From contig CAYUYR010000010.1 in the NCBI GenBank assembly GCA_964449435.1, positions 3,064-67,063 of the forward strand: a DNA stretch of 64,000 bases. Direction: 5' to 3'. The translations under genes were made by a program, and so were the position numbers. This DNA is from an uncultured Planctomycetaceae bacterium. GTDB taxonomy: Bacteria; Planctomycetota; Phycisphaerae; Sedimentisphaerales; UBA12454. Numbering within the stretch: position 1 is the first letter of the stretch; every line of letters starts with the position of its first letter. Shown here one piece after another: positions 62,923-64,000 of the stretch. The notes below the pieces were generated by a model, which was not told where the DNA came from, ran no database searches, and saw only the letters and a list, made by a program, of their open reading frames with translations.

Positions 62923-64000
62923 CTATCTGCTTTTAAGCAAGCGTAGAGCATTAAACGTTACAAGCAGTGTTGCGCCGGTATCTGCTGCAATAGCCATCCA
63001 CAGAGAGGCCAAACCAAACAAGGTTAATGTTATGAACACGAGTTTCAGTCCCAGCGAAAAAGCGATATTCTGCTTAATGATTTTTAAAGTGTTGCGAGAT
63101 TTATAGATCAACCACGGTATCTTTTCAAGTTCGTCAGACATCAAGGCAATGTCCGCGGTCTCAAGTGCTGCATCTGTCCCCATTGCTCCCATAGCTATGC
63201 CGCAGGTAGCCGTGGCAAGTGCCGGAGCATCATTGATGCCGTTACCCACCATGGCAACTTGATTATATTCATTGCGTAAAGATTTTACAGCATTAACCTT
63301 ATCTTCCGGCAGCAATTCTGCTCTATAATCATCAACTCCAATTTTGTCAGCGATGGCTTTTGCTGTTCCTGTATTATCACTTGTCAGCATGACTACTTGT
63401 TTAATACCTGCTTTTTTTATTGCTGAGATTGCATTTCGCGCTTGCGGTCTCACACTGTCGGCAATACTGATAATTCCGCATACATGATCGCCATTGCCGA
63501 TAGCTACGACCGTATGACCGGCGTCCTCAAATTCCAACACCTTTTTATGGACATCCGGTGTGTCTTCACCGCGTTCATGCATCAGGCGATGGCTGCCGAT
63601 CCAGAATAACTGCCCATCAATTCGAGCCTCTGCCCCTTTGCCTTTAATAGCCTGAAAATCGGTGGCTGCATCGACGGTGATATTTTGTGATTTGGCTTTT
63701 TGCAAAATGGCCTTGGCCAGAGGGTGTTCGCTGTTTACTTCTAAAGCGACCGCTGTAGTCAGAAGTTCTTCCATTGTATGATTGTTCAGGGGGATGATCT
63801 CCTGAACCTCCGGACGGCCAAAGGTCAACGTTCCTGTTTTATCCAGAGCGATGGCCTTTAAGTGCCCGACAATCTCGATAAAGACTCCTCCTTTGATAAG
63901 AACCCCGTTTCTGGCCGAAGCGGTGAGTGCCGAAACAATGCTCACCGGAGTGGAGATGACCAGTGCACAGGGACAGGCGATCACCAGAATGACAAGACCA
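62923..64000 (-). CDS. Heavy-metal-translocating P1B-type ATPase (C-terminal about 359 codons; 5' end beyond the window)
   Basis: Motifs: CPC (VIACPCALVISTP), DKTGTLT, GNGINDAPALA, and two C-terminal TM helices. The frame stays open to position 64000. Confidence 0.93.
   Translation of the reverse strand, partial: GLVILVIACPCALVISTPVSIVSALTASARNGVLIKGGVFIEIVGHLKAIALDKTGTLTFGRPEVQEIIPLNNHTMEELLTTAVALEVNSEHPLAKAILQKAKSQNITVDAATDFQAIKGKGAEARIDGQLFWIGSHRLMHERGEDTPDVHKKVLEFEDAGHTVVAIGNGDHVCGIISIADSVRPQARNAISAIKKAGIKQVVMLTSDNTGTAKAIADKIGVDDYRAELLPEDKVNAVKSLRNEYNQVAMVGNGINDAPALATATCGIAMGAMGTDAALETADIALMSDELEKIPWLIYKSRNTLKIIKQNIAFSLGLKLVFITLTLFGLASLWMAIAADTGATLLVTFNALRLLKSR

Noticed and set aside
62909-63106. 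65-aa plus-strand ORF
   Set aside because: It is antisense to the 3' end of the P-type ATPase gene.

Overview
This 64-kb window reads as bacterial chromosome. My taxonomic guess, made only from gene content and style, is a PVC-type organism (Planctomycetota/Phycisphaerae-like): tandem clpP paralogs, an RRM/RGG RNA-binding protein, membrane-anchored Ser/Thr kinases and orphan pilT-like ATPases.

Most of the window is densely packed housekeeping genes:
- clpP1-clpP2, uvrB, nadC, birA, lpdA
- hpf-ptsN-ptsH-ptsI (a regulatory PTS-Ntr set)
- DUF2344-rng, then kdsD-kdsC followed by a giant LptC-like protein
- etfB-etfA with a long acyl-CoA dehydrogenase
- hisS, bioB, rsmD, cca, tRNA-Ala(GGC)
- a 12-kb minus-strand gltB-gltD-nadE-carB-carA block
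- a sigma-54 activator plus an 860-aa PEP/pyruvate-binding-domain protein
- tRNA-Ser(GGA), a PMT/ArnT-like glycosyltransferase, hisF, tadA
- a partial heavy-metal P-type ATPase at the right edge

I saw no rRNA, CRISPR array, transposase or integrase.

The accessory or odd parts are:
1. An AT-rich two-gene cassette (SplB-type radical SAM plus a 531-aa methyltransferase-like protein) bracketed by 68-nt direct repeats, at 59.5-62.5 kb.
2. An operon of a PilT-like ATPase, a membrane-anchored GspE-like pseudo-ATPase and a CvpA-like membrane protein, at 30.0-33.9 kb.
3. A MntA/HepT toxin-antitoxin pair sitting inside a duplicated 3' end of a lipoprotein gene, at 4.06-5.14 kb.
4. A near-consensus sigma-54 promoter in front of the glutamine-amidotransferase operon, with a divergent NifA-like activator.
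5. A radical SAM / Ser-Thr kinase / APH-fold kinase / TetR operon.
6. A visible codon-usage switch between the two tRNA genes.
7. A repeat-dense 940-bp intergenic region at the left end.

All calls come from reading the sequence and the supplied ORF translations. No database search was possible, so family assignments rest on motifs I recognise.
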